NCBI GenBank assembly: GCA_030390025.1
Contig: CM059443.1
Coordinates: 48,670,001-48,734,000 of the forward strand
Origin: Squalus acanthias
Taxonomy: Eukaryota
Direction: 5' to 3'
DNA: 64,000 nt
Positions 48,192 to 60,100 of the stretch are shown piece after piece. The notes under the pieces are model-generated. The model was given only the letters and a program-made list of their open reading frames with translations. It ran no database searches and was not told the origin of the DNA. A program made the translations under genes and the position numbers. Position 1 is the stretch's first letter; every line of letters begins with the position of its first letter.

Positions 48192-51100
48192 CTAGATATT
48201 AAGAGAGGAGATCACGTTTGATGGGTTCACTTCCAGTGGGGGACAGATAATGAAAGTGGACTGTCTCGTTACTTGAGATAAAGGTCCAGGAGCTTTAGAA
48301 CAGAAACAGTGTTGACTGAGAGGATTATACTGAAAGATTGCAACGACTTACATTTTACTCCCTGGATTTCAGTTTTGTCTCCATCACTAAGAAAACAGAA
48401 AATTAAAACATGTGAATAATGAGTAACATAAGATTCAAACAATATCAAACCATTGTAAGTGGAGACTAGATTAGCTCACTTTCTCCCCAGAGCCTGGATT
48501 TCAGTCCAGCCCAGACTGAAATTCTCTCATTCATTTTCTCTCTCTCTGTCTCTCTCTCTCTCTCTCTGTCTCTCCGACTCTCGTTCTCCCTNNNNNNNNN
48601 NNNNNNNNNNNNNNNNNNNNNNNNNNNNNNNNNNNNNNNNNNNNNNNNNNNNNNNNNNNNNNNNNNNNNNNNNNNNNNNNNNNNNNNNNNNNNNNNNNNN
48701 NNNNNNNNNNNNNNNNNNNNNNNNNNNNCGTCTGTGTCTCTCACTGTCTCTGTCTCTCTCTCTGTCTCTCTCTCTCTGTCTCTCTCTCTTTGTGTCTCTG
48801 TCTCTCTGTCATTGTCTCTCTGTCCCTATCTCTTTCTCTCTTGCTTTGTCTCTCTCTCTCTTTCTATCTTTGCTATGTGAGCAGTCCTCTCTACAATGAG
48901 TTTTCACAGTCCCAATCCAATTCCTTGCCTAAAACTGTCCATCATTCAGTAAAATATTTGGACGAAATTGATCATTATCGTCAAAATACGCCAAAATATT
49001 GTCCTGACAAAGTGTAAAAGAAAATAACTTCACACGGGCACAGTGAAAGGAGCTATTCTGATATTGGGATAAAGGAGCACTATCAGGTCAGAGGGCAGAG
49101 TGATTTACACGGCCTCCAGCCATTCTATACCTGACTTAGAACTGTTCGGTTGTGAGATTGGCTGCACAACCTGGAAATGTTTTGTGCTGGGTGGTGGAAT
49201 AGATTAGTACGGCCCTTTCATATTTTAGGATCTGTTCTCAAATCAAGTCCAGAATATTGGGAATAAAAGTCTCTCTCTGTGCCTCTATTACTGTCTGTCT
49301 GTCCCTGTCTCTTTGTCTTTCTCTGTCTCTTACTCTCGAAGGGTCCTTGATGAAATAAGTTTAGTCATCTCGTTCCAGTTTGTAGCTCGTGTGAGCCACA
49401 GTACAAAACTACCGCTAAATTAGCACTTTCACTCAAACAGGCCATGAGGTGTGAGAAGTGAAATGTCCGAGCTCCCTCCTGAGTTTGGAGTTGAGGAGCA
49501 TTGTTGGGACAGTCCAGAGGGAGCTTTACGCTGCACCTAATCTGGAGTGCTCCAAATGATACTGTGTGGCCACAGTGGAAAAGTAATCCATTTGCAGAGT
49601 GGGCTCCCCTCACCTTCATTACATTAACAATCTCCGAACCCTCCATCCCAAAACAAACCCATGGTCAGTGTTGAACGTTGCCGGGGCCGACAGCTGTCAC
49701 TCTGCTTACCCTTTGACCATTGACTCTTCGATCAAACAGTACACATGCTCTGTAGAGTCAGACTTTGGGCCAGTGCTCTCCATTCCTTCACCAGGCCTTG
49801 GCTGGCTCGATGGCGTTGGAACTCTCGTCACCGAGTACGCAACATGGTCGTTGTCATCGCTCTGATCCCTTCTGGGAACCACAGAGTACGGGAAACCTAG
49901 ACAGAAGGACGAGTAGACGATGTGTGCTTTTAGTTTCAACTCTCAAAGGGACAGGCTTGGAAGAGCTGGGCAGTAATTCTAGTCACTTACATTCAGCCAC
50001 CTGTGTCAGCTGCACATCACCAGCCCTACAGTTCGTAAAGAAAAGCAACCTGTAAATGTCCCATTAAATGAGGAAAACTATACAGAAAGTCTGCCCGAAA
50101 ACTGAACAAATCCCATCCCTACCTGGGTCCTGGTGCTGAGGATCCTTCACAACACATGCCATAAGATTGGAAAGATAAATTTAAAAGTCTTTGTAAGGAG
50201 TCTGCACTTACAATTTTCTAGATTTAGAGCAAACATTTTAAAGCTCTTGCTTACCTTTGGCAGCTTGTCGTTTCCTTTGGATTATGCAAAGTGCCCCAAC
50301 AATGCAAAGTACCCCAACAATGCAAATGATCACAACCGCACACGCTATGGCTACTTTCACAGGTGTGGCAGTGTCTGGGCCTGCAGAGGAGAAGCAACAT
50401 TAAGTTCAGTCTGTGCAATCCCATGTTATATGTACAGCTGATCACACTGGTTACCTGGGCTGAGGAACAGACATTTCCGGTTAGAATCTGGAAAAGTGCA
50501 ATGGCGAAGAAAGGAAATCGAACCAACTTTTAATGGGTACAAACTGGACAACTGATCTGGAATCTATCAACTTTAATTTTTTTTATTCATTCATGGGATG
50601 TGGGCGTCATTGACAAGGCCAACATTTATTGCCCATCCCTAATTGCCCTTGAGAAGGTGGTGGTGAGCTGCTTTCTTGAACCGCTGCAGTCCATGTGGTG
50701 AAGTTACTCCCACAGTGCTGTTAGGGAAGGAGTCCCAGGATTGTGAGCCAGCGACGATGAAGGATCGGCGATGTACTTCTGAGTCAGGATGGTGTGTGAC
50801 TTGGAGGGCAACTTGGAGATGATGGTGTTCCCATGAGCCTGCTGCCCTGTCTTTCTAGGTGGTAGAGGTCACGGGTTTGGGAGGTGCTGCCGAAGAAGCT
50901 TTGGCGAGTTGCTGCAGTGCATCTTGTAGCTGGTACACACTGCAGCCAAGGTACGCCAGTGGTGGAGGGAGTGAATGTTTAAGATGTGGATGGGGTGCCA
51001 ATCAAGCAGGCTGCTTTGTCCTGGATGGTGTCGAGTGTCTTCAGTGTTGTTGGAACTGCACTCATCGAGGCAAGTGGAGAGTATTCCATCACACTCCTTA

Positions 51101-54100
51101 CTTGTGCCTTGTAGATGGTGGAAAGGCTTTGGTGAGTAAGGAGGTGAGACACTCGCTGCAGAATACCTAGCCTCTGACCTACTGTTGTTGCCACAGTATT
51201 TATGTGGCTGTTCCAGTTACGTTTCTGGTCAATAGTGACCCCCAGGATGTTGATGGTGGGGGATTCGGCAATGGTAATGCCATTGAATGTTAAGGGGAGG
51301 TGGTTACACTCTCTCTTGTTGGAGATGGTCATTGCCTGGCACTTATGTGGCGCGAATGTTACTTGCCACTTATCAGCCCAAGCCTGAATGTTGTTCAGGT
51401 CTTGCTGCATGCAGACACGGACTGCTTCATTATCTGAGGAGTTGCGAATGGAACTGAACACTGTGCAGTCATCAGCAAACATCCCCACTTCTGTCCTTTT
51501 GATGGAGGGAAGGTCATTGATGAAGCAGCTGAAGATAGTTGGGCCTAGGACACTGCCCTGAGGAACTTTTGCAGCAATGTCCTAAGGCTGAGATGATTGG
51601 CCTCCAACAACCAGAACCACCTTCCTTTGTGATAGGTATGACTCCAGCCAGTGGAGAGTTTACCCCCTGATTCCATTGCCTTCAATTTTACTAAGGTTCC
51701 TTGATGCCACACTCGGTCAAATGCTGCCTTAATGTCAAGGGCAGTCACTCTCACCTCCCCTCTGGAATTCAGCTTTTGTCCATGTTTGGACCAAAATTGT
51801 AATGAGGTCTGGAGCCAAGTGGTTCTAGCAGAACCCAAACTGAGCATCAGTGAGCAGGTTATTGGTGAGTAAGTGCCACTTAATAGTACTGTCGACAATA
51901 CCATCCATCACTTTGCTGATGATTGAGAGTAGACTGATGGCGCGGGAATTGACCGTTTCTGATTTATACTACTTTTTGAAGACCGGACATACCTGGGCAA
52001 TTTTCCACTTTGTCGGGTAGATGCCAGTGTTGTAGCTGTACTGGAACAGCTTGGCTAGAGGCACGGCTAGTTCTGCAGCACAAGCCTTCAGCACGACAGC
52101 CGGGATGTTGTCGGGGCTCATAGCCTTTGCTGTATCCAGTGCGCTCAACCGTTTCTTGATAGCACGTGGAGTGAATCAAATTGGCTGAAGACAGGCTTCT
52201 GTGATGGTGGGGACCTCAGGAGGAGGCCGAGATGAATCATCCACTCGCCACTACTGGCTGAAGGTGGTTGCGAACACTTCAGCCTTGTCTTTTGCACTCA
52301 CGTGCTGGGCTCTGACATCATTGAAATGGGGCTGTGCATGGAGCCTGCTCCCGTTAGTTGTTTAATGGTCCACCACCATTCACGATGTGGCAGGACTGCA
52401 GAGCTTTGATCTCATCCATTGGTTGTGGGATCGCTTTACTCTGTCTATAGCATGCTGCTTCTGCTGTTTAGCATGCATGTATTGTAGCTTCACCAGGTTG
52501 GCACCTCATTTTTTGGTACGTCTGCTGCTGTTCCTGGCATGCTCTTCTACACTGCTCATTGAACCGGGGTTGGTCCCCTGGCTTGATGTTAATGGTAGAG
52601 TGAGGGATATGTCGGCCCATGAGGTTACAGATTGTGATGGAGTGCAATTCTGCTGCCGCTGATGGTCCACAGCACCGCATGGATGTCCAGTTTTGAGCAG
52701 CTAGATCTGTTCTGAATCTATCCCATTTAGCACGGTGGTAGTGCCACACAACACGATGGAGGGTGTCCTCAGGATGAAGACGGGTCCTCATCTCCACAAG
52801 GACTGTGCGGTGGTCACTCTTACCAATACTGTCATGGAGAGATGCATCTGCGACAGGTAGATTGGTGAGGACGAGGTCAAGTATGTTTCTCCCTCGTGTT
52901 GGTTCTTTCACCACCCGCCGCTGGCAGCTATGTCCTTCAGGGCTTGGCCAGCTCCGTCAGTAGCGGTGCTACTGAGCCACTCGGTGATGGATATTGAAGT
53001 CGCCCACCCAGAGTACATTCTGTGCCCTTGCTACCCTCAGTGCTTCTTCCAAGTGGTGTTCAACGTGGAGGAGTACTGATTCATCAGCTGAGGGAGGGCG
53101 GAAGGTGGTAATCAGCAGGAGGTTTCCTTGCCCATGTTTGATCTGATGCCATGAGACCTCTTGGGGTCAGGGAGTCAATGTTGAGGACTCCAAGGGCCAC
53201 TCCCTCCAACTATATACCACTGTGCTGCCACCTCTGGTGGGTCTGCCTTGCCTGAGGGACAGGAAATACTTAGGGATGGTGATGGAGGAGCCTGGGACAT
53301 TTCGTGAAAGAATTATTTATATTATTTATATTGAATTATTTATATTAAATGAGTCGCATTGTTTCTAGATTGTATCACTTACTTTGAGTATTTGTACGAG
53401 TTAAGCTGCTGGTCACTGAGGAGAATCCAGATGTTGAGGTGGGGGTGTCTGAAGATTTACCACTGCTCATTACACTGGTTACCTGGGCTGGGGAACATAC
53501 TTTTCTGGTTAGACTCTGGAATAGTGCAATGGCGAAGGAAGTAAATGAAAGCAACTTATAACGGCTAAAAACTGTACAACTGATCTGGAATGTCTCAGTT
53601 TGAATTATTGATATTAAATGATTCACATCATATTCTAGATTGTATCGCTTACTTTGAGTATTTGTACGAGTTAAGCTGCTGGTCACTGAGGAGATTCCAG
53701 ATGTTGAGGTGGGGGTGTCTGAAGTCTCTGCACTCGCCTCTGTCACAGTAAGGGAGATGTTTGCTGCAATCTTCCAGACAGGTTTCCCTGAATCCTGACC
53801 GTGGACAGCACAGAGATACCTCCCAGTGTCCACCACATCCGCTGAGTGAATAGTAAGGTTGTGAGACTGGGGTCTAGCAGTAGGATTGTCTGAGCTTTGG
53901 GCAGAGATTCTTTGTGACGACCTTCTATCCACACAGCAGCGTGAGTTAATTTTTGCCTCCTTTTCCTCAATGTGAACAGAGTGCAGACACTTGGAAACGT
54001 TTCCAGATCTGATCCAAAACAGAGTGAAGGGGAGCTTTTTTGTATTCTCAAACTGGCAGGGTAAAGTCACATTCACTCCCTCTGAGGAGATTTCTTCAGT

Positions 54101-57100
54101 AGAAAATATTTCATCTGAATGTATAAACAACATTTACAAGAACATTTATTAATATAATAATCTTCAGTGCGGTACTTTGTCAAACGATTTCCTAAAGTCC
54201 ATGTACAGTATATTCCCTGCATTCCTCCATTTACCATATCTGTTACCTTCTCGACGGTTTTTCAACCTCAATCATCCTCTTTGAAATCCGTGCCAGCTAC
54301 TTATCACTATTTTCTCTTTATCTATATACATGGTTATTTCATCTTAATAAAGACCCTAAAGTTTTCCCAATGACAGCTATCTGCCCTAAAACCTCCTCTA
54401 ATATCTCCCCAACACCTCCCAATATCTCCTCTAACATCTCACCTTATATCTCCCCTAAAGTCCCGGCAATAACTTCCCCGATACCACCCCATACTTCCCC
54501 TGATATCTCCTCCGATACTTCCCCGATCCCTCCCCCGATATTGCCCCAGTACACGTACCACTCTGGATTATCACAAAGAACAAGTCGTGGTTTTCACATC
54601 CCTCTCCTGACAGTGTAAGCCAGGACGGACACTTCGATGATCCTCCTTCTGTGGAATCCTGAGCCGAGCAGGTAAATACCATCGAGTTAAACATCTTCAC
54701 ATCGAATGTCAAAGACTGAGACTCCATTTGTTCTTCATTTAATTTGCATTTACTAGACTTTGGTTTGCTGGGCCTTTTTCTCAAGTTAGGACTGATGTTT
54801 TCACCAAATTTCCTTTCCTTCTTACATTTTATTTTGTCCATTTCTGCTCCGAGATCAGTGGAGCTGCACAAGGTTACTTCATCCCCAGCACCAGTGGGCA
54901 CGTTGCACTGCAGAGTGGTGACATCTCCTGGTCCTCGGGAGAAGAGATAAGTGGATCCTGCAGGGAAAGGGCAGAATCGGATAGAGATAAATAACATCCA
55001 ACACAGGAAAGATCATTAAACACTCAATGTGACACAAGCCTCTCACAGTAAACGAAGGAATCATACTTTTGGTAATAGGCCAGTTTATTGTTCCTTTCAT
55101 AGACTTCTTTGCCACAGTCTATAAATTAGCATCCCTCTCCATTCTCAGCCTTCTACACTGTTCCAACAAAGCTCAACGTAAGCTCGAGGAACAGCACCTC
55201 ATAGAAGCATAGAAGATAGGAGCAGGAGTAGGCCATTCGGCCCCTCGAGCCTGCTCCGCCATTTAATGAGATCATGGCTGATCATCCAAATTCAGTACCC
55301 TGTCCCTGCTTTCTCCCCATATCCCTTGATCCCTTTAGCCTTAAGAAATATATCTATCTCCTTCTTGAATATATTTAATGAATTGGCCTCAACTGCCTTC
55401 TGTGGTAGAGAATTCCACAGGTTCACCACTCTCTGGGTGAAGAAATTCCTCCTCATCTCAGTCCTAAATGGCTTACCCCTTATCCTTAGACTGTGACCCC
55501 TGTTTCTGGACTCACCCGCCATCGGAAACATCCTTCCTGCATCTAGTCTGTCTAGTCCTGTTAGAATTTTATAAGTTTCAATGAGATCCCTTCTCATTCT
55601 TCTAAACTCTAGCGAATATAAGCCTAATCGACCCAATCTCTCTTCATACGTCATTCCTGCCATCCCAGGTATCAGTCTGGTAAATCTTCGCTGCACTCCC
55701 TCCATGGCAAGAACATCCTTCCTCAGATAAGGCGACCAAAACTGCACACAATACACAATACTCATCTTTCAATTAGGTACTTTACAGCCTTCTGGACTCA
55801 ACATCGAGTTCAACAATTTCAGACCATAATCTCTGCCCCTATTTTTTCAGACAGCAGCTGTTGATGATTCTGCCATCCCCATTTGCAACATTTAACCACT
55901 CCTGCCTTCCACCCTATCACAGACCGTCCCTTTTCTTCTTTCCTCCCCGCCCCTCTTTCCCTGCCCCTGCACCTGGTTAAAATCTGTTACATCTCTAACT
56001 TTTTCCAGTTGTGACGAAGGATCACAGACCTGAAACGCTGACTGTTTCTCTCTCCACGGATGCTGCCTGACCTGCTGAGTGTTTCCAGCATTTTCTGTTT
56101 CTGTGCTGTAAATTAGCATATCCACTTGATGTTACCAATTATTTTTTGTCTAATTACTTCTTCCAAATTGTTTCATTAACGCTTGTTGACAATGTCTATG
56201 TTTTCGGCCTTGTCGAAATGACCAACAATATCCTGTGTGATTCCAATCACAGTGCGTTATCCTTCCTCAACCTCCTCAGCATCTCCAAGGCCCTTGACAC
56301 AGTCAACCTCCGCAAATGCCTCTCCAATGGCCCACCTTTGTGGCACTGCCCGCAAATACATCCAGTCCTATCTGTCGCAGTGTAGCCAGCACATCCTCAG
56401 GAATCGCTCTTCTCCCGTGTCCAATGGTCGCCCCTCGTCCACCCAAGGCTCCATCCTTTCCCTATCCTATATTCCACACATACGTGATGTCTCTCAGGAA
56501 CGTCGTCAAGGAGTCAGCTTCTAAACGTAGCCAAGTCGATACCTCACTTCACCTCTCCATCAATGCCCTCAGTGCTGGACTGTCCGATTTCTTATCTGGC
56601 ATCGGGTTCGGGAAAAACCAGGACTCTCCTCAGCTCAAAGTTGGGAAAGGCTAAGCCATCCCGTTCAGCTCCAGTACACACTGACCCTATTTGACCCTGA
56701 GCTGAACCTCAAACCCATATCCAGCCCACCACCAGATGTCGTGACTTCCCCTCCCAAAGATTGCCTACCTCACCCTCAGTGCTGCTGGAACTCTCCTCCA
56801 CAGCTTCATCTCCTCGACCACTGACATCTCCAATCCTTTCCTCATCGACCTCCTGAGCTTCACCGATAACAGACTCCAACTCAGCCGGAACCCATCACCC
56901 ACATCCTGTCCCACACAGCATCCTAATCACCAATCACTCCTGTCCTCACTGACCTCCCCCAGGCATTGAATTCAAAACTCCCCATTACACTCCTAGGGCA
57001 ATGTCCTAGGCCCACCTATCTTCAGCTGCTTCATCAATGCCCTTCCCTCTATCATAAGGACAGAAGTGGGGATGTTCCCTGATGATTGCAGAGTGTTCAG

Positions 57101-60100
57101 CTCTATTCACAATTCCTCAGATAATGAAGCAGTCCGTGCCTGCATGCAGCAACACCTGGACAAACATAGAAACATAGAAAAATCGGAGCAGGAGTAGGCC
57201 ATTTGGCCCTTCGAGCCTGCTCCGCCATTCAATATGATCATGGCTGATCCTCTATCTCAATACCATATGCCCGCTCTCTCCCCATATCCCTTGATGCCTT
57301 TTGTGTCTAGAAATCTATCTATCTCCTTCTCTTCTTAAATATATTCAGTGACTTGGCCTCCACAGCCTTCTGTGGTAGAGAATTCCACAGGTTCACCACC
57401 CTCTGAGTGAAGACATTTTTCCTTATCTCAGTCCTAAATGTCCTACCCCGTTTCCTGAGACTGTGACCCCTCATTCTACTTCTAGAGCCCACCAATCCGG
57501 GGAAACAGCCTCCCTGCATCCAGTCTGTCTAGCCCTGTCAGAATGTTATACTTTTCCACAAGATCCCCTCTCATTCTTCTAAACTCTAGTGAATACAGGC
57601 CTAGTCGACCCAATCTCTCCTCATACGACAGTCCTGCCATCCCAGGAATCAGTCTGGTGAACCTTCGCTGCACTCCCTCTATGGCAAGTATATCCTTTCT
57701 TAGATAAGGAGACCAAAACTGCACACATTACTCCAGGTGCAGTCTCACCAAGGCCCTGTATAACTGTAGTAAGACATCCTTGCTCCTGTACTCAAATCCT
57801 CTTGCAATGAAGGCCAACATGCCATATGAAGGACAACATCCAGGCTTGGCCTGATAAGTGGCAAGTAACATTTGCACCACACAAGTCCCAGGCAATGGCC
57901 ATAGCCAACAAGAGAGAGTCTAACCATCTCCTCTTGACATGCAATGGCATTACCATCGTCGAAACGTCCACCATAAACATCCTGGGAGCCATCATTGATC
58001 AGAAACAAAACTGGCACATCTTTGGCATCTGCAAAAGCTTCCTTAAAATCTACCTCTCCAACCGAGCATTTGGCCACTTCCACTCACTCCCCTCCTACCT
58101 CAAGTTCCCGTCCTTCCCTGCACTTCTACATTTGCAAAACACCACAAGACCTTTCCCACTTTAAGCGCTCTCTATAAATTCAGTTCCTTTTTCTCATGAT
58201 GCCAACTGTGGCTCAGTGGGTAGCGCTCTCGCTCCTGAGTCAGAATGTTGTGAGTTCAAGTCCCACTCCAGAGACTTGAGCACAACAATCTAGGCTGATA
58301 CTCCCAGTACAGTGCTGAGGGAGTGCTGCACTGTCGGAGGTTCCGCCTTTTGGATGACATATTAAACCGAGGCCCCATCTGCTCTCCCAGGTCGATATGA
58401 AAGGTTCCACGGCCACTATTTCAAAGAAGAGCAATGAAGTTCTCCCGGTGTTCTGATCAATATTTATCACCAACATCAACCAACATCACTAAAACACGTT
58501 AACTGGTCATTATCACATTGCTGTTTGTGGGAGCTTCCTGTGTGCAAATTGACTGCTGCGTTTCCTACATTACAACAGTGATTACACTTCAAAAGTACTT
58601 CATTGGCTGTAAGTTGCTTTGGGACGTCCTGAGGTTGTGGAAGGTGCTATAGAAATGCAAGTCTTTCTTTTCTTGTAATGAGCAGGTTTCTGATCAGCAC
58701 ATCTGGATTATCAGAAAGATATTTTCTGCAGTGTGTTCGGAGGCTCATTTCCGGCTGGTTAAGATGCTAAGCTGTGATGGAGAAGTTAGCACAGCTCTGA
58801 TTGGTTGGGTTAAATTCCGGAACATAGTGTATCATGGAGCTGCTGATAGGGATCTGTGTTTACATAAGAACATAAGAAATAGGAGCAGGTGTAGCCCATT
58901 CGGCCCCTCGAGCCTGCTCCTCCATTCAATAAGATCATGGCTGATCTGATCTTGGCCTCAACTCCACTTTCCTGCCCGCTCCACCATAACCCTTGATTCC
59001 CCAGTTTTTCAAAATCTGTCTATCCCCGCCTTGTATATATAAACAATGACTCAGCCTCCACAGATCTCTGGGGTAGAGAATTCCAAAGATTCACGACCCT
59101 CTGAGAGCAGAAATTCCTCCTCATCTCCGTTTTAAATGGGCGACCCTTTTTTCTGAAACTATGACCCCTAGTTCTAGATTCCCCCACGAGGGGAAACATC
59201 CTCCCTGCATCTACCCCATCAAGCCCCCTCAAAATCTTATATGGTTCAAGAAGATCACCTCTCATTCTTCTAAACTCCAATGAGTATAGGCCCAACCTGC
59301 TCAATCTTTCCTCATAAGACAACCCCTTCATCTCCAGAATCAACCTAGTGAACCTTCTCTGAACTGCCTCCAATGCAAGTATATCCTTCCTTAAATAAGG
59401 AGACCAAAACTGTACGCAGTACTCCAGGTGTGGTCTCACCAACGCCCTGTACAGTTGTAGCAAGACTTCTCTACTTTTATACTCCATCCCCCTTGCAATA
59501 AAGGCCAATATTCCATTTGCCTTCCTAATTATTTGCTGTACCTGCATGCAAACTTTTTGTGTTTCATCTACGAAGACACCCAGATCCCTCTGTTCCTCAG
59601 CATTCTGTAGTCTCTCTCCATTTCAATAATATTTTGCTTTTTTATTCTTCCTACCAATGTTAATAACCTCACATTTTCTCACATTATACTCCATCTGCCA
59701 AATTTTTCCCCACTCACTTAACCTATCTATATCCCTTTGCAGACTCTTTGTGTACTCCTCAAAACTTGCTTTCCCAACTATTTTTGTATCATCAGCAAAT
59801 TTGGCAACAGTACACTCGGTCCCTTCATCCAAGTCATTAATATAGATTGTAAATTGTTGAGGCCCCAGCACTGATCCCTGTGGCACCCCACTAGTTACAG
59901 TTTGCCAACCTGAAAATGACCCATTTATCCAACTCTCTGTTTTCTGTTAGTTAGCCAATCCTCTAGCCAATCTAATATATTACCCCAACACCATGAGCTA
60001 TCATCTTGTGCAGTAACCTTTTATGCGGCACTTTATCGAATGCCTTCTGGAAATCCAAATACACGACATCTACTGGTTCCCCTTTATCCACCCTGCTCGT

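Larger units (their letters stand above)
10340..50570. repeat. Tandem segmental duplication: unit A ~10340-32250 and unit B ~32250-50570
   Basis: Collinear near-identical unique sequence and shared TE insertions, e.g. 12270-23600 vs 34100-45580 and 23600-27760 vs 45580-49735. Unit A has an extra 3.8-kb CR1. Confidence 0.9.

Noticed and set aside
58200-58275. tRNA gene
   Set aside because: The A and B boxes belong to a SINE head followed by a Deu domain.
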